Shown here: positions 18,992 to 27,301 of the stretch, piece by piece
Layout of the letters: each line of letters starts with the position of its first letter
How positions within the stretch are numbered: the stretch's first letter is position 1
NCBI GenBank assembly: GCA_943329105.2
Contig: CALQCP020000001.1
Location: forward strand, 1 to 59,132
Source of the DNA: Chitinophaga pinensis
Lineage (GTDB): Bacteria > Planctomycetota > Phycisphaerae > Phycisphaerales > SM1A02
Direction: 5' to 3'
Length of the DNA: 59,132 nt
Program-made: the position numbers and the translations under genes
Notes under the pieces: model-generated
Databases searched by the model: none
Seen by the model: the letters and a program-made list of their open reading frames with translations, nothing else
What the model was told of the DNA's origin: nothing

Positions 18992-19551
18992 GCGCTCCAC
19001 TTGCCGTCCGTTGGCATGAGCTATGCAGCCGCCTGGGCGTCCAGCCGAAGCAGTTTGGCTTCTTGCTTGCTGCTACGGCACTCACTGTGGCCGCACTTGG
19101 TGCGAAGGCCGTGTTCAAGCCAGCGCGAGCCAGTGCTGCCGCCGCAGTTCGTGTGGATTCAAGCGCCAGCAGCGCTCCGGTGCCGGTGCTCGCCGCACGC
19201 CAGCGCGTGGAGCTTGTGCTTGAGTCACGCCCCGTCCGCGATCCGTTTCGCCCGTTCTTTATCAACCCGGACGCGGTCCCAGGTACAGCACCCGGCGCCG
19301 GCGTAGCAACCGGAGCGCCCGCCCCGGCTGGCCTACACCTTCGGGCCATCATCGCCGGTGAATTTGCAGTAATCGGCGAGGAAACCGTTGGTGTTGGCGA
19401 CGAAGTAATCGACAGTGAAGGGCATCGCTTCGTCGTCGAAGAGATCCAGGAGCGCCGTGTGGTTCTCCGTGAAGGCGGACGACGGGCAGAACTTGGCTAT
19501 GCGTCCACTGGGCGCGCTTCGGATAAGTCCACGAAGGGAACACGGAAGTGA
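18988..19551 (+). CDS. PilP / GspC-like protein
   Basis: ATG 18988 (AGGAGG 7 nt upstream, ATGA overlap). TM FGFLLAATALTVAALGA, RDPFRPF motif, C-terminal small beta domain LRAIIAGEFAVIGEETVGVGDEVIDSEGHRFVVEEIQERRVVL. Confidence 0.45.
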   Translation: MSAPLAVRWHELCSRLGVQPKQFGFLLAATALTVAALGAKAVFKPARASAAAAVRVDSSASSAPVPVLAARQRVELVLESRPVRDPFRPFFINPDAVPGTAPGAGVATGAPAPAGLHLRAIIAGEFAVIGEETVGVGDEVIDSEGHRFVVEEIQERRVVLREGGRRAELGYASTGRASDKSTKGTRK

Positions 19552-19580
19552 ATCACGGAGGCGATCATGGAGGCCACGGA

Positions 19581-21338
19581 ATGCAGCGCGACTCGGCGCT
19601 CAGCCGTCCACACAACATCGAACTCTCCACGCTTCCCCCGCTCGGGCAGATTTTAGTTGAGGACGGAACGCTCACCACCGATCAACTTCGACAGGCCCTC
19701 GCGGCACAGGTCCGAGGTGGCCAGCGTCTGCTCTTAGGCGAAGTCCTGATTCAAATGGGCTTGGTCGACAAGACCGTTCTGCTGCAGGCTGTTGCCAAGA
19801 ATCGCGGTGTTGAATTCGTCATGGAACCAGCGGCACTGTTTGAGGAAGGCGCCATGGCGCTGATCCCAGAGAACATGCGTAAGGAGCACCGCGTCTGTGC
19901 GCTGTTCCTCGCTGGGACCGAACTGGTAGTCGCGACTGCTGATCCGCAGAACTACTTCGTTGAAGAGCTCATCGCCCGCGAGACTGGATTCAAAGTACGG
20001 TTCGTCGCGTCTCCTGACGAGAGCATTGATGCGCTGCTCAGTGATCCAACCCGCGCTGCCGAGAATGTAAACAAGCAAGCCGAGGAGTTGGTTGCTGATC
20101 TCTTCGATGGCACCGACGAGGCTGACTATCAGCTGCAGGAGAAGCGCGTCGAGGAGATGATGGGCTTCGACGCCACTGATGATGTCGGCCCTGTGGTGAA
20201 GCTGGTGAACTTCATGATCTGCAGTGCCGCCGCCGAGGGCGCCAGCGATATCCACATTGAGCCTGACGAAGGTCATTTGCGGGTTCGCTACCGCATCGAT
20301 GGCGTTCTGTTTCACAAGTTGAGCCCCCCGTACCGCATGCACGCTGCCATTTCGAGCCGCGTGAAGATCATGGCGCACATGGACATCTCCGAGCGCCGCG
20401 TTCCTCAGGACGGCGAGATTTCCGTGCGCGTCAAGGGACGCGCCATCGATCTACGCGTCAGCACCCTGCCTGGAAAGTTCGGCGAGAAGATCGTGATGCG
20501 AATCATTGATGTTTCCACCGCCAAGCTGGGATTGGAGAAGTTGGGCTTCCGACCAAAGATGCTGGAAACTTTCCAGAACGTCATCGACCAGCCCTACGGA
20601 ATTGTCTTGGTGACTGGACCCACTGGTTCGGGAAAGTCCACCACCCTGTATTCAGTACTGGGAACCTTTGACACCATCGCCAACAACGTTTCCACTGTTG
20701 AAGATCCGGTGGAAGCGAACTTGCAGGGCGTTCATCAAGCGCAAATCAATCCGAAGGCGGGATTCACATTCTCCGGCGCCCTTCGCGCACTGCTCCGCCA
20801 AGACCCTGACATCATCATGGTCGGTGAAATTCGTGACGGCGAAACCGGTCAAATTGCGGTTCAGGCTGCGCTCACCGGTCACTTGGTGCTCAGCACGCTG
20901 CACACCAACGATGCGCCCAGTTCCATCACCCGACTTCAGAACCTTGGCGTTGAGCCATTCTTGGTTGCAGCCAGCCTGAAGGGCGTACTTGCGCAACGAC
21001 TGGTCCGCCGCATCTGCAGTCAGTGCAAGCAAGAATTTTCACCGGATGCACAGCAACTCAAATCACTTGGCGAATACGCACCAATGTGCAGCCGCCTCTG
21101 GAAGGGCACCGGATGCCGCAAGTGCCATGACACCGGCCTGTCCGGTCGATTGGGCGTGTACGAGTTAATGGTGCCAGACGAAGCGCTCATTGACGCCATC
21201 TGCGCCAACTCGGAACCTGCCAAGATCCGCGAGGTTCTGAAGGCTGGCGGATTCAGCACCCTGTGGGACGATGGCGTCCAGAAGGTGCTTGAAGGAATGA
21301 CCACAATTGAGGAGGTCTATGGTGCCTGCCGCCGCTGA
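19581..21338 (+). CDS. Type II secretion / type IV pilus assembly ATPase (GspE/PilB family)
   Basis: ORF opens at GTG 19548 (GTGA overlap). ATG 19581 has GGAGG 7 nt upstream. T2SSE_N-like LGQILVEDGTLTTDQLRQAL, Walker A GPTGSGKST, Walker B DPDIIMVGEIRD, His box TGHLVLSTLHTNDA, tetracysteine CSQC...CRKC. Confidence 0.95.
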   Translation: MQRDSALSRPHNIELSTLPPLGQILVEDGTLTTDQLRQALAAQVRGGQRLLLGEVLIQMGLVDKTVLLQAVAKNRGVEFVMEPAALFEEGAMALIPENMRKEHRVCALFLAGTELVVATADPQNYFVEELIARETGFKVRFVASPDESIDALLSDPTRAAENVNKQAEELVADLFDGTDEADYQLQEKRVEEMMGFDATDDVGPVVKLVNFMICSAAAEGASDIHIEPDEGHLRVRYRIDGVLFHKLSPPYRMHAAISSRVKIMAHMDISERRVPQDGEISVRVKGRAIDLRVSTLPGKFGEKIVMRIIDVSTAKLGLEKLGFRPKMLETFQNVIDQPYGIVLVTGPTGSGKSTTLYSVLGTFDTIANNVSTVEDPVEANLQGVHQAQINPKAGFTFSGALRALLRQDPDIIMVGEIRDGETGQIAVQAALTGHLVLSTLHTNDAPSSITRLQNLGVEPFLVAASLKGVLAQRLVRRICSQCKQEFSPDAQQLKSLGEYAPMCSRLWKGTGCRKCHDTGLSGRLGVYELMVPDEALIDAICANSEPAKIREVLKAGGFSTLWDDGVQKVLEGMTTIEEVYGACRR

Positions 21339-22608
21339 TAAACCTGCTGCAATTGCTGCTTCCACTCGGAAGTTCACCTACCGCGCCCGCCGCTCGGAGG
21401 GCGGTGCGTTGGTCAAAGGTGTAGTGGAAGCACATGATCATGCAGCGGCAGTGCGCGAGCTCCGTCACCAGGGCCTAGCGATTCTGTCAGTTGAACTTGG
21501 AGACATGGCTGCCGCAGTTGGTCAGGAGTCTGACCCCGCCCGCCTGCGACGTCGGCTCTCGAAAGCCATGTCCAAGGACGACGTCGTTTCGTTCTGCCAA
21601 CAGCTTGCTGTGATGCTCCGCACTGGCGTTCCACTTGCAGAATCACTCGATACCTACGCAGAACAAGCGTCAAAGAAGGACGTTGCTGAGTTTGTGCGAC
21701 TGATTCGAACCGACGTTTGCGAAGGCGAAGACTTTAGTGCCGTCCTTGGCAAGTACCCACGGGTATTTCCGGCGCTGCTCGTTTCATTGATGCGTGCCGC
21801 CGAAGCATCGGGCAAGTTGGACGAAATGTTGGCGCGCGTTTCCAAGGACCTCTCCAAGGCACGTCGAACCAGTAAGCAAATCAAGGGCGCGATGATGTAC
21901 CCAGCCATCATGCTCATTGTGGCGGTGCTGGCAGTGGTCATCATCATGGTCTTCGTTCTTCCAAAGTTTGGACCGCTCTTTAAGGCGCAAGGCGACCGTC
22001 TACCCGCACCAACCAAGGCGTTGGTGTGGCTCAGCAGTTTCCTGCGCACGGGGTGGATGATCTATGGACCCGCGCTCGCTGCCATCGTCGGCGGCACGTG
22101 GTGGTACGCGCGCACTGAAGCGGGGCGTATCACGGTTGACACGCTCAAACTCCGGATGCCCGTCTTGGGACATATGTTCCGATGCCTGTACTTAGTGCGC
22201 TTCTCGAGCACCATGGCCACCCTGCTTTCGGCTGGTGTTTCACTCATTGATGTAGTGCGAATCTGCCGGGAAGTAACCGGCAATGTGCACTACACCAAGT
22301 TGTGGATTCTTCTTGAGGATCGCATCAGTAAGGGGCAAGAAATTGCGCCCACCTTCCGGGAATTCGACTTCGTCCCGCGTAATGTGGTGGCGATGATTGC
22401 CAGCGGCGAGAAATCTGGTCGACTCTCTGAGGTGCTTGAACACGCCGCAACTGCTGCAGAAGATGACCTGGATATCGCGGTCAAATCAACCACCAGCATG
22501 GTGGAGCCGATCATGATCGTCGGCATGGGTTTAGTGGTTGGCGGAATTGCTTCGGCGATGCTGCTACCGATCTTCAATATGTCGAAGAACATGCGCCCCG
22601 GCCACTGA
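21319..22608 (+). CDS. Inner-membrane platform protein (GspF/PilC family)
   Basis: GAGGAGG at 21309-21315, then ATG 21319 (GTG 21322 possible). Duplicated T2SSF modules (FCQQLAVMLRTGVPLAESL and FSSTMATLLSAGVSLIDVV). Three TM segments. Confidence 0.9.
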   Translation: MVPAAADKPAAIAASTRKFTYRARRSEGGALVKGVVEAHDHAAAVRELRHQGLAILSVELGDMAAAVGQESDPARLRRRLSKAMSKDDVVSFCQQLAVMLRTGVPLAESLDTYAEQASKKDVAEFVRLIRTDVCEGEDFSAVLGKYPRVFPALLVSLMRAAEASGKLDEMLARVSKDLSKARRTSKQIKGAMMYPAIMLIVAVLAVVIIMVFVLPKFGPLFKAQGDRLPAPTKALVWLSSFLRTGWMIYGPALAAIVGGTWWYARTEAGRITVDTLKLRMPVLGHMFRCLYLVRFSSTMATLLSAGVSLIDVVRICREVTGNVHYTKLWILLEDRISKGQEIAPTFREFDFVPRNVVAMIASGEKSGRLSEVLEHAATAAEDDLDIAVKSTTSMVEPIMIVGMGLVVGGIASAMLLPIFNMSKNMRPGH

Positions 22609-22647
22609 ATCTGCGCTTTCAAAGCTATCAACTCACAGCAAGCACGC

Positions 22648-24726
22648 TCAGTGCACGCGAATACGAATGCGGGTATTCGCATCGTCAGGCAGTAGCGTCA
22701 AGCGCGCCTCACCAGTGGACTGTCGCGTCCCGTGCTCAATCAATAACGGCTTGCCAGCAGCATCACTGGCGACGAGAACAATGTCCTTTGCTTGCCACGC
22801 CCCAGCGCTCTTGACGAATGGCAACGCGACGTACCACGTTCCGCCCGTAAATTGCTGATCGTTGGGCACACTCATCCGAAGCGTTGCGCCGCGCGGCAAT
22901 GCTCCAACGTCCAAAGTGAAGAGCCGCGGGAGGCTTTCGACCGCTGCGGTTGGCTCCATGTTGATCGCAACGATGGGCGTATCCGCACCCACCCATGAGC
23001 TGCGTGCGGTCTGCCACCCTTCCAAGGTCACCTCAACGGCGTGCGGAGCGGCGGTTGCCGGTATCAAGATGACCGCAGGGGTACGACCGCGCGCCGTTCC
23101 ATCGACCGTAACGGATGCACCGAGCGGTGCGCTAATCACCTGAAACTGCGACATGCGAACGCTGGGCGCAGCAGCGTTTGAGGATGATGCGGATGATCCG
23201 GATGCCCCCGGTGACCCGACATCTCCGGAATTTCCTGGAGGAGCAGTATTCGCCGCGCTGTTTCCGGATGCCATGCCACTCACCGTTTCAATCCATGTGC
23301 GAGCGCGCGTCACCAAGGCGCGCACATCGATCAACCCAAACGACACAGCGAGGGCGAGACCAACCGCGCATACGAGCAGAAATCCACCGATCCACGCACC
23401 GCGGCGCGGCGCGCGTGCCGGCCGTGACGTCTTGACATCACTTCCATCAATGCGCACCACTCCACCAGCACCAACCGCGATACGCGGGCGCTGTGCTTCC
23501 GGCTGTAAACCAACGTGACGACTGCGGGTACTGTCGGTGGCTACTGGAGCAGCAGCGGAAGCACGCGACCCATTCACCACCCAGCCACGAAGGCGCAGTG
23601 CCAAGGCGCGCGCGTCATCGGGACGCTGCGATTTTTTTCGGCTCAGTCCATCCATGACAATCGCGGCCAATTGATCGTCAAGGCGCGGATTGCATTCACG
23701 AACATCCGCTGGCTGCGTCTCGCACACCAGTCGCGCGGCCTCGTGCACTGGCAAGCCGCGCAAATCATGCGGCTGCACGCCGGTGAGTAACTCATACAAC
23801 ACAGCACACAGGGCGTACACATCGGTGCGCGCATCAATCCCGCGTGGGTCAGCAATGAATTGCTCTGGGCTCATGTATTGCATGGTGCCCACCAGTTGCC
23901 CAGTTTCAGTGCGAATGGTGGCCGCAGCATTATCAACAGCAATCGCGCGCGCCACGCCAAAATCAATGACTTTTACCCGACCATGGCGATCAACAAGAAT
24001 ATTCGGCGGCTTGATATCGCGATGGACATATCCCTCGCGATGCGCAAATGCAACGGCATCGCACGCTTGTAGAAACGCGTCAATCGTTTCGCGTGTTCCA
24101 AGTCGCTCACGGAATACGTAATCGGAAATAGTCTGAACCCCTTCGACATACTCCATGACGATATAAGGAATATCAACATCTGCATCCTGCTTAATGCCCG
24201 TGCGAAACACGGTCGCAATGCCAGGATGGCGCAACCTTTCCATCATGCGTCCTTCGCGGTCAAATCGCTTGCGGACATCTTCATCGCGAAGCGTGCGCAG
24301 CAATACTTTCAGTGCCACACGTGTTCCGGATGTCAGATCGGTACCCAGATAGACGCGACCCATCCCGCCCGAACCGACCACGCGCTCAATCTTCACTCCG
24401 CCAAGTTCCTTTCCGACGTATGGGTCCATGGCGTGCGCCGCATCCATCGGCAGCGCCTGGGCAACACCGTCGCCGCCGACATTCAGAGCGGCAAGATCTT
24501 CCTTCGCCATGGCAATGGTGGCGCCAACGTGCGCAATTTCATCGGCAGCCGGCTCGATTTTTGAAGGAGTCCATGCACGCGTTGGGTCCGAGGCCAACGC
24601 GTTGTCAACCGCGCGGCGCGTTTCTGGATCAAGCCGGAATCCATCCAAGAACGCACGCCGCTCTGCCGTTGGCAAGCGCCGCGCCGCCTCGGCAAGTTCC
24701 GCGATCCGGGCTCGGTCTGCGTTCAT
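22648..24726 (-). CDS. Ser/Thr protein kinase with TM segment and PEGA-like extracytoplasmic C-terminal domains
   Basis: GSGGMGRVYLG, VALKVL, HRDIKPPNILV, DFGVAR, GTMQYMSPEQ. TM WIGGFLLVCAVGLALAVSFGLI. PEGA-like ISAPLGASVTVDGTARGRTP ... VEVTLEGWQ. Confidence 0.9.
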   Translation of the reverse strand: MNADRARIAELAEAARRLPTAERRAFLDGFRLDPETRRAVDNALASDPTRAWTPSKIEPAADEIAHVGATIAMAKEDLAALNVGGDGVAQALPMDAAHAMDPYVGKELGGVKIERVVGSGGMGRVYLGTDLTSGTRVALKVLLRTLRDEDVRKRFDREGRMMERLRHPGIATVFRTGIKQDADVDIPYIVMEYVEGVQTISDYVFRERLGTRETIDAFLQACDAVAFAHREGYVHRDIKPPNILVDRHGRVKVIDFGVARAIAVDNAAATIRTETGQLVGTMQYMSPEQFIADPRGIDARTDVYALCAVLYELLTGVQPHDLRGLPVHEAARLVCETQPADVRECNPRLDDQLAAIVMDGLSRKKSQRPDDARALALRLRGWVVNGSRASAAAPVATDSTRSRHVGLQPEAQRPRIAVGAGGVVRIDGSDVKTSRPARAPRRGAWIGGFLLVCAVGLALAVSFGLIDVRALVTRARTWIETVSGMASGNSAANTAPPGNSGDVGSPGASGSSASSSNAAAPSVRMSQFQVISAPLGASVTVDGTARGRTPAVILIPATAAPHAVEVTLEGWQTARSSWVGADTPIVAINMEPTAAVESLPRLFTLDVGALPRGATLRMSVPNDQQFTGGTWYVALPFVKSAGAWQAKDIVLVASDAAGKPLLIEHGTRQSTGEARLTLLPDDANTRIRIRVH

Positions 24727-24848
24727 CTGCGCCCAAGTGTACGGCGAATACAGCCGTCTGCGGTGTTATTGGGACAAGCTCGCGCCCGAAGTGCAGCGTC
24801 GCCACGGAACTGTAAGGATCCGAAGGCAGCCATGCCGAAGAAGGGGGT

Positions 24849-25184
24849 ATGCCAAAGGGTGCCCTCTTCGCTGTCATGTTCGCCGCGATCTACCTGCTTC
24901 TGCGCGGAGCGGGAATCATCAACGATGGACCGTTCGTGGTGTGGTCACAAGCCGCGCTGTTTGGGATCTTCCTGATCGGGTCCGGCGTCAGCGTGCGCGC
25001 AGGCAACGCCTTGTGGGCCGCGATCTTTGCAGCTCTCGCCATCGGTTGGAACCCATGGGTGAAGTTGAGCGCCTGGCATCAGCCACTTCCGTGGGACAAG
25101 TGGGCCACCGCCATGTCACTTCTCTGTGGCGCCACCGCTGGTGCCTTCGTGGTCCGTTACTGGGGCCGCGGCGAGACGGCCTGA
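24849..25184 (+). CDS. Small multi-pass membrane protein, unknown function
   Basis: AAGGGGG precedes ATG 24849. Three or four hydrophobic helices (ALFAVMFAAIYLLL, AALFGIFLIGSGV, ALWAAIFAALAIGW, AMSLLCGATAGAFVV). Confidence 0.5.
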   Translation: MPKGALFAVMFAAIYLLLRGAGIINDGPFVVWSQAALFGIFLIGSGVSVRAGNALWAAIFAALAIGWNPWVKLSAWHQPLPWDKWATAMSLLCGATAGAFVVRYWGRGETA

Positions 25185-26602
25185 CCGTCACCTGCAAGAT
25201 CAAAGACGTACGCACCACCCGGCTCAAGGCCGAGGTTGGTGTTCTTGGTACGGCCGACCACAACGATCGGCCAATCGGTCGCAACATCGTTGCCGAAACT
25301 TCGCTGCGCACACGGCGCTGCGGGCATCAGACGCTTGGTGTTGACCCATTGGCCATTGCGCTCTTCAAACACCAACGCCATACCTGGGGTGGCATCACCA
25401 ATTTCATCAACTCCTCGCGCGCTGCTATCGCCAAGCACGATGTGACCCTTGGAAATGGCCATGGCGAATCCATAGGCACGGCCGGGAACAATGCCTGTTT
25501 GTGGAACAAGTTCTTGCCGCAATACCCATGTCCCGCCAACGCGCGCGAATAGCCAGACACGCCCTGCAGCCTGCGGGTCATTGGGTTCCATGCCACGCAC
25601 GATGAGCAGATCGCCTTCCACCATGACGCTCAGACCGAAGCACTTCATATCCGTCACTGATGCGCCAAGGATTTCCGCCTCCGGCATCCACTGCCCCGAC
25701 ATGCGTCGGTACACATGAACCCGCGCGCTACCGGAAATTGGCATCGCCTCTGTTTGTCGCGGCGGAATGGTGGCTGGTCGACCGATTGCCAGGACGTCGC
25801 CATCAATATCAAGCGCTGCGCCAAACCACATGGCATCGGTGGGCACGCCGTTCGCTGAAGCGGGCGCCCTCACAAAGCCATCAAGATTCCAAATTCCGTT
25901 GCGGTTTGAATAAATGAATGTCTTTGGATCACGGTTGCGGTCGGCACTGGCTGCACCGAGGTCAAAGCGCATATCGGTAGCGCTGACCGCCAGCGTGACG
26001 CCGTCACTTGCATACCACGCGCCGAAGGTAGCGAGGTCTGCACCCGCTGGCAATGCAACGGTGGCTACTTCATTCACTTGCCCATCACGTGGCGAAAGTA
26101 CACGCAAGGAAGTGCCAAGCCCATTGCGATTGACGGCAGTGAAGAGGAATGGCCCGCCACGCTCGAGGCGCTGAAATCCATAGTCCCCGGGCATGCTGTC
26201 CGACAATTGCGAAAGCTTGATGTTTGCCTTCCAGGATCCGTCCGGTGCACGATCCCATGTGCAGATCTGACCAACGGCTCCAATCGACATGCAACGCTCT
26301 GGCCCCGTCGCAAACACCTGGCTGCCGATCACCGCAACGCGGTATCCCCACGTGGGGGAGATGGTCGGAACCGGCGCACCAAGTACGGCCGTCTCGGTGG
26401 TGGGTGCCAGCGCAACCAGCATTGATCCAGGACTGGAATTGGCGGCAGGCGCGGAAACCAACCGCGGCGCAACGCTTCCGGCCGGGGCAGGTGGCCTGGG
26501 TACCAGTTGCCCCTGAGCACCCTGCCTTGCGTAGGCGGGCAAGACAACCATGGCCGATGCACACACTGCAATCGCGACAATATTCATTGGATGATCCATC
26601 AA
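25157..26602 (-). CDS. Secreted FG-GAP-like beta-propeller repeat protein
   Basis: Signal peptide NIVAIAVCASAMVVLPAYA. Recurring FG..(x)..DGD/GD..(I/V)VG units (FGAALDIDGDVLAIGRP, FGLSVMVEGDLLIVRG, YGFAMAISKGHIVLGD, FGNDVATDWPIVVVGR). Confidence 0.55.
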   Translation of the reverse strand: MMDHPMNIVAIAVCASAMVVLPAYARQGAQGQLVPRPPAPAGSVAPRLVSAPAANSSPGSMLVALAPTTETAVLGAPVPTISPTWGYRVAVIGSQVFATGPERCMSIGAVGQICTWDRAPDGSWKANIKLSQLSDSMPGDYGFQRLERGGPFLFTAVNRNGLGTSLRVLSPRDGQVNEVATVALPAGADLATFGAWYASDGVTLAVSATDMRFDLGAASADRNRDPKTFIYSNRNGIWNLDGFVRAPASANGVPTDAMWFGAALDIDGDVLAIGRPATIPPRQTEAMPISGSARVHVYRRMSGQWMPEAEILGASVTDMKCFGLSVMVEGDLLIVRGMEPNDPQAAGRVWLFARVGGTWVLRQELVPQTGIVPGRAYGFAMAISKGHIVLGDSSARGVDEIGDATPGMALVFEERNGQWVNTKRLMPAAPCAQRSFGNDVATDWPIVVVGRTKNTNLGLEPGGAYVFDLAGDGQAVSPRPQ

Positions 26603-26611
26603 ATCAAGTGG

Positions 26612-27256
26612 TTAAGAGTTACGAGCGTGCGGACGCTTTGTCGTCCGTAGTCCACCAAACGCGTGGGCGCATGCTTCAACAAGCGCTTGTTCACTGGGAA
26701 GATTGTGCTTGCCACCATCGTCGCGCGGAGAAACAATCGTGCAGCCAATGGCGTGTAAAGCCTGCAGGTTGGACACCAGAATTGAGTTATGCATTGAGCC
26801 GTGCATGGTGGGCGCAAAGAGCACTGCGGCATTGCCGCGCTCCATGCGACCAATCGCACTTGCCAATGTTGCGGTGACTGGAGTGTCGGCAATTCCGTGC
26901 GCGCACTTGCCGATCACGCTGTAGGTGGCGGGCGCTATCAGATATACGTCAAATGGTGCGGCGTCCGAAAGATGTTCCGCGTCCGCGGTGAGTTCCACAA
27001 TGACCGGCCGCGTGCATGACCACTCCAAGGCTTCGCGGGCAACGTAGCGAAGCGCCTCGGTGGTTGCGAATGCGGTGACTTCGGCGCCTTGACGACGCAG
27101 AGCCCGGGCCAGTAGCGGAGCCTTCATCGCGGCGATGCCACCCGTCACCAGGAGCGCCACTCGAGCACCTTCAAGGGCACTACCCTCGCGGCGAACTTCG
27201 TGATCTCCAAGATCGCTCGGGGTGGGGGCAGGAAATTGAAATCCTTCTTCTGACAT
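26612..27256 (-). CDS. Stand-alone HFCD-family flavoprotein (phosphopantothenoylcysteine decarboxylase / CoaC-like)
   Basis: RVALLVTGGIAAMKAPLLARALRRQGAEV and YLIAPATYSVIGKCAHGIADTPVT match the flavoprotein (CoaC/EpiD) motifs. No fused CoaB synthetase domain. Confidence 0.7.
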   Translation of the reverse strand: MSEEGFQFPAPTPSDLGDHEVRREGSALEGARVALLVTGGIAAMKAPLLARALRRQGAEVTAFATTEALRYVAREALEWSCTRPVIVELTADAEHLSDAAPFDVYLIAPATYSVIGKCAHGIADTPVTATLASAIGRMERGNAAVLFAPTMHGSMHNSILVSNLQALHAIGCTIVSPRDDGGKHNLPSEQALVEACAHAFGGLRTTKRPHARNS

Positions 27257-27301
27257 GGCTCACCAATACTAGTCGAATGCCCCGATATCCTTGGTACTCC
27301 C

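Noticed and set aside
24428-25552. 374 aa + strand ORF spanning the kinase 5' end, the intergenic gap and the propeller gene
   Set aside because: It crosses three independently supported features in the wrong frame or strand, so it cannot be a real gene.
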